A stretch of DNA of 64,000 bases from an uncultured cyanobacterium (GTDB lineage Bacteria; Cyanobacteriota; Vampirovibrionia; Vampirovibrionales; JAGQHJ01): contig CALAJO010000005.1 of assembly GCA_937922745.1 (NCBI GenBank), forward strand, positions 1,991-65,990, written 5' to 3'. Under the pieces are notes generated by a model. The model saw only the letters and a list, made by a program, of their open reading frames with translations. It had not been told where the DNA came from and did not search any database. The translations under genes were made by a program, and so were the position numbers. Of this stretch, positions 47,774-56,582 are shown piece after piece (positions within the stretch are counted from its first letter, which is position 1; every line of letters begins with the position of its first letter).

Positions 47774-48481
47774 ATGCTTATGATGGAATTCAACCTAAAC
47801 CCGTTATCACTAGATGATGCCATAGATATTGTAAAGAAAAAGGACCAGGCATTGGCCCTTCGTATGGATGCTGTTTTGACTATTGTGAACAAATTTGAAA
47901 CGGAATACTTCCCCCTGTTCGAGGAAATTCTCAAAGATCAGGATGAGAGTGAGGATATTCGCAGTTGCGTGGCACTGGCCCTGGGCAAGATTTCCGGGGA
48001 AATCCCCTTCCAGATTTTAAAGTCCTGCGCCAAGGACAGCAACACCACCGTGCGCAATTACGTGATACAGGCGCTTGGCATGACTTACCAGGAGGCAGCC
48101 GCCCCCTTGCTTATCCAGGCGCTGGAGGACAGCAGCAATACCGTGTTTGCCAGCGCGACTGAAGCATTAAATATGTTGGGTTCAAAGGCAACGCCCTACC
48201 TCATCGAGCTGCTCTCTACCGGGGCGGATGATGCCCGGTGCATTGCCGCCTGGCAACTGGGCGAAATGCAGGAGCAAGACTCTATCCCAGCCTTGTTGGA
48301 AAATATTAAGCGGGGCAGTAGTGTCTCCGTCATTGCCCTGTGTATCTGGGCCCTGGGAGAAATTGGCCTGGGAACGGACGAAGTGCTTCAGATTCTCTCT
48401 GAGGCCCGCAAGGAGCCGGAACCGGATGTTCGCCTCCGGGCCGAAACCGCCATCAAAAAAATCGCCAGCCACCAGAATTAG
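47774..48481 (+). CDS. HEAT/PBS-lyase-like repeat protein
   Basis: Five or more repeats of the type VRxxAxxALGxIG. Confidence 0.65.
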   Translation: MLMMEFNLNPLSLDDAIDIVKKKDQALALRMDAVLTIVNKFETEYFPLFEEILKDQDESEDIRSCVALALGKISGEIPFQILKSCAKDSNTTVRNYVIQALGMTYQEAAAPLLIQALEDSSNTVFASATEALNMLGSKATPYLIELLSTGADDARCIAAWQLGEMQEQDSIPALLENIKRGSSVSVIALCIWALGEIGLGTDEVLQILSEARKEPEPDVRLRAETAIKKIASHQN

Positions 48482-48690
48482 AAACAAGCATGATTACTGC
48501 TTCAACAGACAGATACCTATAGAATCCCATTAAGTTGAGGACAAAAATTTCTGCTGCAAATTCGCATATTTCTCCTTTAAGTTTTGCATTTTATATCCGA
48601 TGACGTCGATATCGTCCTGTTTCTCACGCCTAGAATGATCACAACAATGCCGAGAAATGTGGGCGAATCGTCAGCAAATTGGAAGATTCG

Positions 48691-50361
48691 ATGAAACGCA
48701 TTATTCTTTGTCTTACTTTGATTACCTTGTTATCCGGGTGTGGCTTACTGGGCAAGCCTTATCAAAATAATCCTTATATTCAGGAAATCGAGGCAGCCCT
48801 TGCCAAGCAAGATACCGTTAAGGCGATGAAAATGACAAAGGATGCGCCGCCAGAGCTGGCCCCCGTTATTACTTTGTGGCTGGAAGATAATGCAAACCGT
48901 CTTGAGCCGGTTTATTTATTTCTGCTGGCGGAACACAAATTCGCTCAGGGTAAGAAAGAAGAAGCGGCATCTTGGTTTATGGCAGGCAAAATCCGCTCGT
49001 TATATGACGCTTATCGTTGTACCGATTCGACTGCTCGCTCCGGTATTGCAATTGGCCCAATGCTTGCCCTTAAGACTGCGGAATATATAAATAATGATCA
49101 GAAGGCTGGATATCATGCCGCAAAACGGGCTTTAAAATGGGATGAAATGTATCCGCCGACCAATTCGCCTTTATGGATTTGTAATCATGGCATGATGGCC
49201 TTTAGTGGCCAGGTGACTTTAGAGCCCGAAAGCAAATGGCCTGAAATCAGGAACAAAATCCGGACTGCGATTGAAAAAGGGTTAGACAAGACCAAGGCCA
49301 GCCTCGACAAGATAGACAAGCTTCAGCAAGCAGGAGCAATCCGGGAGATTGGCAAAGCAAGAGTTTTCTCTGAAGTTTTTTATCTGTCGGATGGCCGGGT
49401 AGTAACGCCCTCTCAAAAGGGCTACCAGTTTATCTCCTTAAAGGATGGACATCTTGAAGATGAAATCCAGGCAGAGAAAGGGGGGTATGGCGCCACAAAA
49501 ATTCTGCTTCCGGATGACAAGCTATTGGTGATAGACGGCGAGCAGTGCCTTGCAAATCAAAGGCAGGTGCGCCTCATCGATTTCAGAACAAAAAATACGG
49601 TAACGGGAGGCCAATTAAATTCTTGCCGATATGCCCCTTCAGCAACCATTTTAAGTGACGGCAAAGTGCTAATTGTGGGCAGTCACAGCACAATATTTAA
49701 CAAAAAAACGAAAAAAATTGAAAAACTTGGCCCTGCCGCTACAAAAGCCGAGCTTTACAACCCTAAAACCAAAACATTTGCTTGGGGAGGGGCATTGCAC
49801 CTTCCTCGTTTCAAGCACGAAGCGCTTCGGCTTCCCAATGACGAAGTAGTTATTATCGGCGGCCATAAAGCAGGGATGCATCAGCCAGGCGTAACACAAG
49901 AGCTGAGAACGGTAGAAATATACAATCCTAAAACCCGCCAATTCCGTACCGCCGGAGAAACGATTCTGGCGCATGAGGATAGACATCGCCTCACCTTGTT
50001 GAAAGATGGAAAGGTGCTTATTACCGGTGGGATGATGCGAAACGGCATTACCTCCTCGCCAGCAAAAAGTGCAGAAATCTATGATCCAAAAACGGGTCAA
50101 TCCAAGATAATACCCAACTCCCAAATTTCAAATTACCATCAGACCGCACTGCTGTCCGATGGGCAGGTATTTATTGCCGAGAGCTTAGGGAGTGCCGGTA
50201 GCATCTCGTTTAAACGGTTTAACCCGGCAACAATGGAATTGGCCACGCTGGCTGAGCTTCCTGTTTCGGCACCATCATTGAAGATGGCCTTACACTCCGA
50301 CAAGCAAGCATATCTATTAACAGGATCCACCATATATATGCTGGATCCCAGTGCAATGTAG
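48691..50361 (+). CDS. lipoprotein with Kelch-type beta-propeller repeats
   Basis: Lipobox LLSGC. Repeated hydrophobic-GG Kelch blades (KVLIVGSHS, VVIIGGHKAG, KVLITGGMM). AT-rich. Confidence 0.65.
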   Translation: MKRIILCLTLITLLSGCGLLGKPYQNNPYIQEIEAALAKQDTVKAMKMTKDAPPELAPVITLWLEDNANRLEPVYLFLLAEHKFAQGKKEEAASWFMAGKIRSLYDAYRCTDSTARSGIAIGPMLALKTAEYINNDQKAGYHAAKRALKWDEMYPPTNSPLWICNHGMMAFSGQVTLEPESKWPEIRNKIRTAIEKGLDKTKASLDKIDKLQQAGAIREIGKARVFSEVFYLSDGRVVTPSQKGYQFISLKDGHLEDEIQAEKGGYGATKILLPDDKLLVIDGEQCLANQRQVRLIDFRTKNTVTGGQLNSCRYAPSATILSDGKVLIVGSHSTIFNKKTKKIEKLGPAATKAELYNPKTKTFAWGGALHLPRFKHEALRLPNDEVVIIGGHKAGMHQPGVTQELRTVEIYNPKTRQFRTAGETILAHEDRHRLTLLKDGKVLITGGMMRNGITSSPAKSAEIYDPKTGQSKIIPNSQISNYHQTALLSDGQVFIAESLGSAGSISFKRFNPATMELATLAELPVSAPSLKMALHSDKQAYLLTGSTIYMLDPSAM

Positions 50362-50499
50362 CTGCTGAGCATTATACTTTAGTCTAGTTTTTAAAGCGTT
50401 CACTCCAACGGCTGAAACTTTTCCCGATCGAATTCGTCCATTAGGGTATATCTCAATGGGCGTGAATGTTTTGAATAATCCATGAAAGGGATTTGCTGT

Positions 50500-51009
50500 A
50501 TGCTGCGTTTGTTGAAGTTGAGTGGCGCTAACAAGTTTCTACCAACGGTTTTGGCGGTTACCATGCTGGGGTCGGGCTTAATGCCTGCGGCCGAAGCGGC
50601 TTATAAAAAAGTTTACGATCATCGAACCGGACAGTATTATTACGTGGATGACTCGCTGGAATCCAAGGCGCGACGTGCCTGGACAAACCCTATGGTTAAA
50701 CAGGCGGTGGTTGGCGCCGCAGTTGGAGCTGGCGCAGGGCTCCTGTCCGACAGAAGCTCCGTGTTGAAAGGGGCTGCCGTAGGGGCTGCGACCGGGGTGG
50801 GCACTGGCCTGGTCGATCGGAGCAATTATATGGCCGATAAGCCCTTGTTGAGAACGGCTGTTAAAGGGGCAGCCATTGGTACGGGCGCGGGCGCCGTAAC
50901 CGGCAAAGGATTGGTTAAAGGCGCTGTAGTGGGCGCTGGGGCCGGCGCGGGCCTGCATTACCTGAAAGACTATATGAACCGAAACAACTACGACCGCCGC
51001 TGGTGGTAA
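50500..51009 (+). CDS. secreted glycine-zipper (YMGG/17-kDa-antigen-like) protein ending in RRWW
   Basis: Signal peptide followed by repeated GAAVGAGAG glycine-zipper segments. Confidence 0.6.
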   Translation: MLRLLKLSGANKFLPTVLAVTMLGSGLMPAAEAAYKKVYDHRTGQYYYVDDSLESKARRAWTNPMVKQAVVGAAVGAGAGLLSDRSSVLKGAAVGAATGVGTGLVDRSNYMADKPLLRTAVKGAAIGTGAGAVTGKGLVKGAVVGAGAGAGLHYLKDYMNRNNYDRRWW

Positions 51010-51044
51010 GTATGATATTGAATTGAGGCTGAAAGGGAAAAACG

Positions 51045-51353
51045 ATGTTGAAATCATTGCTGAAAGTGGGTTTAGCCAGTGTTTTGGCATTTACGGCATT
51101 AACTCCGGTCATTACATACGCGGATGACGATTGCCGGGATAACCGACACAGGGGTTACAAAAACGAGTGGCGCAATGATCGTCGCCAGGCCCATCGCGAA
51201 TGGCGGCAGGATAGACGCGAAGCCCGTGAGGCTTGGCGAGAGGAGCGCCGCGATGCCCAACGTGCATGGCGCGACGCCAACCGAAACTGGGCCCGGAACA
51301 ATGGCTGGCATAATGCGTCTTGGCAAGGGTATCACTCTCGCCCGTGGTGGTAA
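51045..51353 (+). CDS. secreted protein with 11-residue Arg/Glu/Trp-rich tandem repeats, ends RPWW
   Basis: Signal peptide ...VITYADDD, then repeats of the type DRRQAHREWRQ. Paralog of the next gene. Confidence 0.55.
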   Translation: MLKSLLKVGLASVLAFTALTPVITYADDDCRDNRHRGYKNEWRNDRRQAHREWRQDRREAREAWREERRDAQRAWRDANRNWARNNGWHNASWQGYHSRPWW

Positions 51354-51650
51354 TGCAACCCATAGGATGACAAATGATGTTAAAAACGATTTTAAAGATT
51401 AGTTTGGCAAGCGTTATTACCTTTATGGCGCTGCCGCCCATGGTGTCTTATGCGGATAATGACAATCATTGGAAAGACCGCCGCAAAGCCCACAAGGAAT
51501 GGCAGAAGGATCGCCGTGAGGCCCATCGGGAATGGGAAAAGAACCAGCGCGAAGCCTGGCGCGAGCGTCAGAAAGATCGCCGGGAAGCCCGTAAGGATTG
51601 GGAGCGGGATCGGCGTGAGGCGCATAGGTACCAGGATAGCCTGTATCAAA
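51130..51650 (+). repeat. 33-nt periodic coding repeats (11-aa Arg/Glu/Trp units) in two adjacent paralogous genes
   Basis: Repeats DRRQAHREWRQ/DRREAREAWRE in the first gene and KDRRKAHKEWQ/KDRREAHREWE and more in the second. Confidence 0.5.
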
Positions 51651-52060
51651 ACCAATGGCGGCAATATAACCGCAACTTCAACGATCCTTTTTATCGCAAT
51701 TCTTCCTGGGGCGGCCCGCCAGGCTATAACTGGCAGGACTATCGATTTAATGACCGACACCGCGCCATTTTATACGATATTTTCTCCCGCCGTCAGCCCG
51801 GCTATTATAACGATCTTCAATGGCAAGCCATCCAGCAACACCGGAACCTCCCGCCCGGCATTCGCAAAAAGCTGGCGCGAGGTGGGCAACTGCCACCCGG
51901 TATGCGCAACCAGTTCGTAAATGTAAATAACGATATCTTTGGGGCGTTGGGTTTGCCCTACAGAAATGATTTGAGACTTGGGGTTTATGGCCGTGACGCC
52001 ATTCTCTATAACATAGACAACGGGATTATTTTGGATATCCTGCAAAATGTTGTAAGATAA
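51374..52060 (+). CDS. secreted protein with 11-residue Arg/Glu/Trp repeats plus a weakly RcnB-like C-terminal domain
   Basis: Signal peptide ...MVSYADND. Five repeats KDRREAHREWE. C-terminus has LPPGMRNQ...ILYNIDNGIILDIL, reminiscent of the periplasmic RcnB/YohN family. Confidence 0.55.
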   Translation: MMLKTILKISLASVITFMALPPMVSYADNDNHWKDRRKAHKEWQKDRREAHREWEKNQREAWRERQKDRREARKDWERDRREAHRYQDSLYQNQWRQYNRNFNDPFYRNSSWGGPPGYNWQDYRFNDRHRAILYDIFSRRQPGYYNDLQWQAIQQHRNLPPGIRKKLARGGQLPPGMRNQFVNVNNDIFGALGLPYRNDLRLGVYGRDAILYNIDNGIILDILQNVVR

Positions 52061-52068
52061 AAGATATC

Positions 52069-52105
52069 GAAACTGTATTTTTTACAGTTTCCTTTCATTT
52101 TTTTC
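52069..52105 (+). terminator. intrinsic terminator (9-bp perfect hairpin GAAACTGTA-ttttt-TACAGTTTC plus T-run)
   Basis: Lies immediately after the stop at 52060 and is followed by CTTTCATTTTTTTC. Confidence 0.6.
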
Positions 52106-52260
52106 TACTACACTAATTCTGCTAATTTCCCAGGCTTGCCGAAGAAATTAGCAGTTTTCTTATGCATTCCTTTTTCATCGTATCGTTTGTTTACTACCCG
52201 GTTGGGTAATAAGAAACGATACGCTTTTAAATCACAATTTATTTTGAAGGTTGTGTTTTA

Positions 52261-54912
52261 ATGGAAAAAACTTTCGTGAGAACAGTTGAGCCTGCTGTAA
52301 AGGCCTCGATTCAAGATTTGCTGAAGAAGGGGCAAAGGGAACTTCGCAAAAAGCTGATTAGCCACGTTTCCATCCAGGAAACGCTGGATACGTTAATCCG
52401 AAATGTTGAAGAGATTGAACCGGACATGCTTGGCTCGGTGCTGCTGTTAGACGGTGAAAACAGAGCCCTCATCCATTGCAGCGCCCCCAGCCTGCCACAG
52501 GAATATTGCGAAGCCATCAACGGGATTAAAATCGGCCCCGCTGTAGGCTCATGCGGAACAGCCGCCCATACGGGCGAATGCGTCATTGTTGAGGATATTG
52601 AAACCCATCCTTACTGGGAGCCTTTCAAGGCATACGCGTTAAAGCATGGGCTTCGCGCTTGCTGGTCGCAACCGATTCTCTCGGCAGACGATAAGATTTT
52701 GGGCACATTCGCCCTATATTACAAACAGGTCCGCACGCCTTCGCAGGCGGAGAAAGAGTTGCTTGAGGCGGCCGCCGAGCTTGCCAGCATTGCAATCGAG
52801 TGGAAACAGTTGGAAGATGAGCTATCACAAAGCACCAAAAGCCTGGCTTATCAGACGGATCTGATTAAGACCATCACCAATAACGCTACGTCTGCCCTGT
52901 TTATGATGGATACAAAAGGGCATTGCACGTTTATGAACACGGCTGCCGAGCGGATGACCGGCTACACGCTGGATGAAATAGCCAACAAGCCTTTGCATAA
53001 TTGCATCCATCATACCCACCCGGATGGGACGCCTTACCCGCTGAAGGAATGCCCGATTGATAGGGCATTGCCGGAGCGAAACCAGGTTCGCGCGCACGAG
53101 GATATTTTTGTACGCAAGGACGGGACGTTCTTCCCGGTATTGTGCGCCGCGGAACCGATTTTTGAGAATGGCGAGCCCGTGGGCACCGTGGTGGAAGTGC
53201 GCGATATTACGCGAGAAAAAGAAGCCCAGAAGGCTTTGACACAATCCCACCGGGAGACGCAGCTTGCAAACCTGTTGCTGGATAGCATGAGCCAGGTGCA
53301 GCAGAAGTTCATTTCCGGGGCCGACCAGTGGACGCTATGGGATGAGTTTGTGAAGGATATGCTGGCGCTGACCAGCAGCGAGTACGGCTATATTGGGGAA
53401 GTCCTCTACAAGGAAAACGGTGATCCCTACCTGGTCTTTCGTGGGCTTACCAACATTGCATGGAACCCTGAAACCCAAAAACTCTTCGAAGGCCTTCGCA
53501 CCCGCGGGCTGGAGTTCCATAATATGGACAACCTCTATGGTGCAGGCCTTGTGGATAACGGCTCTGTTGTCATCTCCAATAACCCGGCCCAGGATCCGCG
53601 CAAGGGCGGCTTGCCGCATGGGCACCCTGCACTTAATGCCTTTATCGGCCTCCCGATTTACGGGCGCGATGGCAAGCTGATTGGCCAGATTGGCCTTTCC
53701 AACCGGCCCGGCGGGTTTGATGAATCCATTGCCGAGTATTTAAAACCGTTGCTCATTACCTGTAGCTATATTCTGGAAGCCTATCGCAATATCGAGTCAC
53801 GCAAAAAGGCAGAGCAAGCCATTGTCGAAAGCGAGGAGCGTTTCCGCGTCATGGCCGAGGCGGCACCGGTCAAAATCTGGATGTTGAATGAAGCGGGCAA
53901 GCTGACTTATTGCAACCAGAAGACCACGGATTTCTTCGGCTATACACTTGCGGAGCTAAGCGACATGGGTTGGGCGGATTTAACCCATCCCGATGATCAA
54001 GAGAAACTGATCGAGATTATTCAAACGTCTTTTAACAGCCAGCAGCCCTACGAGGCGGAGATACGCTATAAACGTTTTGACGGAGAGTACCGCTGGCTAT
54101 TGCTCTCCGCCATTCCCCGGTTTGAGTCGGATCATTTTCTGGGGTTTGTGGGCAGCGCCCTGGATATTACCGAGCGTCGCCAGATGCGCGAAGAGTTGGA
54201 ACGCCTGGTTAAAGAACGGACAGCCCAGTTAACGGCCGTTAACAAGGAGCTGGAAGCCTTTGCCTACTCTGTTTCCCACGATTTGCGCGCCCCGTTGAGA
54301 ACCATTGACGGCTTTAGCCAGGCGGTCCGGGAAATGTACGCGGATAAACTGGATAACCGCGGCCAGGATTACCTGACCCGGATTTACAAGGGCACCCAGC
54401 AAATGGGGCAGCTTATTGACGATATGCTTAATCTCTCCCGGCTAACGCGTGGCGAGTTGCATGTTGAGAAAGGGCTGGATTTAAGCCGGATTGCCAAAGA
54501 AATCCTCGAAGAGTCACAGCGGCATCATCCGGAGCGCACTGTGGCAGTTGAAGTTGAGGATAACCTCATCGCCGACGCGGACCGTAACCTGGCCGCCGTA
54601 TTGCTGAGAAACCTGCTGGAGAATGCCTGGAAGTTCACTTCCAAAAAATCTTCGGCGGCAATTAAAGTCGGATCGTTGATGCAAGATGGTAAAACGGTGT
54701 TTTACGTTCAGGATAACGGCGCAGGCTTTAACATGGATTACCAGGACAAGCTGTTTGGCGCATTTCAGCGTTTGCATGACACGGATGAGTTCCCAGGGAC
54801 AGGGGTTGGGCTGGCAACGGTGCAGCGCATCGTTAATCGCCATGGTGGTAAAATTTGGGCTGAAGGGCGCGTTGATGAAGGCGCGACTTTTTATTTTACG
54901 TTGAGTGCGTAG
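52261..54912 (+). CDS. multi-sensor histidine kinase (GAF-PAS-GAF-PAS-HisKA-HATPase_c)
   Basis: H-box VSHDLRAPLRTI plus N and G boxes. Two GAF-like and two PAS-like segments. Confidence 0.85.
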   Translation: MEKTFVRTVEPAVKASIQDLLKKGQRELRKKLISHVSIQETLDTLIRNVEEIEPDMLGSVLLLDGENRALIHCSAPSLPQEYCEAINGIKIGPAVGSCGTAAHTGECVIVEDIETHPYWEPFKAYALKHGLRACWSQPILSADDKILGTFALYYKQVRTPSQAEKELLEAAAELASIAIEWKQLEDELSQSTKSLAYQTDLIKTITNNATSALFMMDTKGHCTFMNTAAERMTGYTLDEIANKPLHNCIHHTHPDGTPYPLKECPIDRALPERNQVRAHEDIFVRKDGTFFPVLCAAEPIFENGEPVGTVVEVRDITREKEAQKALTQSHRETQLANLLLDSMSQVQQKFISGADQWTLWDEFVKDMLALTSSEYGYIGEVLYKENGDPYLVFRGLTNIAWNPETQKLFEGLRTRGLEFHNMDNLYGAGLVDNGSVVISNNPAQDPRKGGLPHGHPALNAFIGLPIYGRDGKLIGQIGLSNRPGGFDESIAEYLKPLLITCSYILEAYRNIESRKKAEQAIVESEERFRVMAEAAPVKIWMLNEAGKLTYCNQKTTDFFGYTLAELSDMGWADLTHPDDQEKLIEIIQTSFNSQQPYEAEIRYKRFDGEYRWLLLSAIPRFESDHFLGFVGSALDITERRQMREELERLVKERTAQLTAVNKELEAFAYSVSHDLRAPLRTIDGFSQAVREMYADKLDNRGQDYLTRIYKGTQQMGQLIDDMLNLSRLTRGELHVEKGLDLSRIAKEILEESQRHHPERTVAVEVEDNLIADADRNLAAVLLRNLLENAWKFTSKKSSAAIKVGSLMQDGKTVFYVQDNGAGFNMDYQDKLFGAFQRLHDTDEFPGTGVGLATVQRIVNRHGGKIWAEGRVDEGATFYFTLSA

Positions 54913-54939
54913 CAGAGTGGACAGGATAAGAAGAAGAAG

Positions 54940-55404
54940 ATGGACAGCGTGAACACCAAAACCATATTACTGGTGGAAGATAACCCCAACGATGCCGAAT
55001 TGACGCAACTGGCCTTTGAGCGCAATAACATCATTAACCCGGTGGTAATTGCGAAAAATGGCGTGGAAGCGCTGGATTATCTCTTTGGGACGGGGATGTA
55101 CGAAGGACGGAATGTTTATGATCAGCCCCCGGTCATTATCCTGGATCTAAAGCTGCCGAAGGTCGATGGCCTGGAAGTGCTGCGCCGTCTGCGGGCCGAT
55201 GAGCGCACCCGCCTGATCCCGGTTGTGGTTCTCACCACCTCTAACGAGGAGAAGGATTTGATTGAGGCCTATAACCTCGGCACCAACGCCTACGTCCGTA
55301 AGCCGGTGGATTTCACCGAATTCTCCGAAGCCGTAAAGAAGCTGGGTATGTTTTGGCTATTGCTTAACGAAATTTGCGGTACCTGCAAGCCCAGCGGAGA
55401 ATAA
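54940..55404 (+). CDS. single-domain response regulator (CheY-like receiver)
   Basis: LLVEDNPND...ILDLKLP...VVLTTS...KP. Confidence 0.85.
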   Translation: MDSVNTKTILLVEDNPNDAELTQLAFERNNIINPVVIAKNGVEALDYLFGTGMYEGRNVYDQPPVIILDLKLPKVDGLEVLRRLRADERTRLIPVVVLTTSNEEKDLIEAYNLGTNAYVRKPVDFTEFSEAVKKLGMFWLLLNEICGTCKPSGE

Positions 55405-55756
55405 TCACCCTCGCCTCCTGTTGATCAATCAGGGAGCCCGGTCATTTCTCTTCCAAAACCAACAAAGCAAGAGGAGGGATAGCCTGAAGCTGCCAGACTT
55501 ATCTTAAAGCAATAAGGCTCCCGCCTCTGCGACTGGCAAAAGCGAGCAAGAACACCCCTTGCGCATCCAGCAAACATTTTACAAATCACTATCGCCACTC
55601 CAATATTTTTATGATCTTGGAGCCACCTCACCGAATCCCTCTATCGTAGTGGCCATGTTAGCGAATGTCAGGAATGGGTTTTGACATTAGAATAGCGTAA
55701 CAAGTTGATAGTAAGAGAAAAACCCACACTATTTCTGAAGAGAAGGGAGATGTATC

Positions 55757-56077
55757 GTGGCTCAAAAGCGCAATAATCCAGATCAAAATTCCAAGCAAAA
55801 GATGACCGTGGCAGAAGCTGGGCGTAAAGGCGGTAAAAAAACAGCCCAAACCCATGGCGCTGATTTCTACAAAAGCATTGGTAAAAAAGGCGGCACTTCC
55901 CGCAAGGAGGCCCTGGGTCACCAAGGCTATGTGGCAATGGGACAAAAAGGCGGTGAAGTGGTGAAACAAAAATATGGCCCGGAATTTTACCAGGAAATTG
56001 GACGCAAAGGGGGCGAGGCTCGCTCGAAAGCCAGTTTAAAAACTTCAGATACCGAGGAAAGCCTTGCACAATCATAG
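55757..56077 (+). CDS. KGG-repeat general stress protein (YciG/GsiB-like)
   Basis: Four KGG stress repeats (GRKGGKK, GKKGGTS, GQKGGEV, GRKGGEA). GTG start with RBS AAGGGAG. Confidence 0.7.
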   Translation: MAQKRNNPDQNSKQKMTVAEAGRKGGKKTAQTHGADFYKSIGKKGGTSRKEALGHQGYVAMGQKGGEVVKQKYGPEFYQEIGRKGGEARSKASLKTSDTEESLAQS

Positions 56078-56104
56078 CAACACATCCTCTCGGAGGTGAT
56101 GACA

Positions 56105-56329
56105 ATGCCCTATCAGCGCATTACCGAATTACCGGATCGGGTTAAAGACCATTTGCCCCGGCATGCCCAGGAAATTTATAAGGAAGCCTTTAACCATGCC
56201 TGGGACGAATACAAGGATCCGGATGATCGTCGGGGAGACGACTCTCGCGAAGAGGTGTCCCACAAAGTCGCCTGGTCTGCCGTAAAGCGAAAGTACGAGA
56301 AAGAGGGCGATAACTGGGTTCAAAAATAA
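56105..56329 (+). CDS. chaB: ChaB-family protein
   Basis: MPY...LP..V...LP.HAQ.IYKEAFN.AWD.Y...........E..HKVAWSAVK pattern. RBS GGAGGTGA. Confidence 0.75.
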   Translation: MPYQRITELPDRVKDHLPRHAQEIYKEAFNHAWDEYKDPDDRRGDDSREEVSHKVAWSAVKRKYEKEGDNWVQK

Positions 56330-56582
56330 ACTTATATTACTTTCCCATTCCTGTTATTACTGCAGCCATCCTGGTTAGGGTGGCTGTATTTCTCTACCCA
56401 ACTCGGTAATCCACATCCTGTTGATGATAATAAAGACCGGGTTTTGCTTACAATAGAAAGTAGAACCTAATTCATCGAGGGCCATTGCAATTACACAGTA
56501 CCATTCGGATGAAAAACATCTGACACTGAAGTTAATCCAGGCGCAGGAAGACGTCAGGGAAGCAAGAGAAGACTATCGGTTA

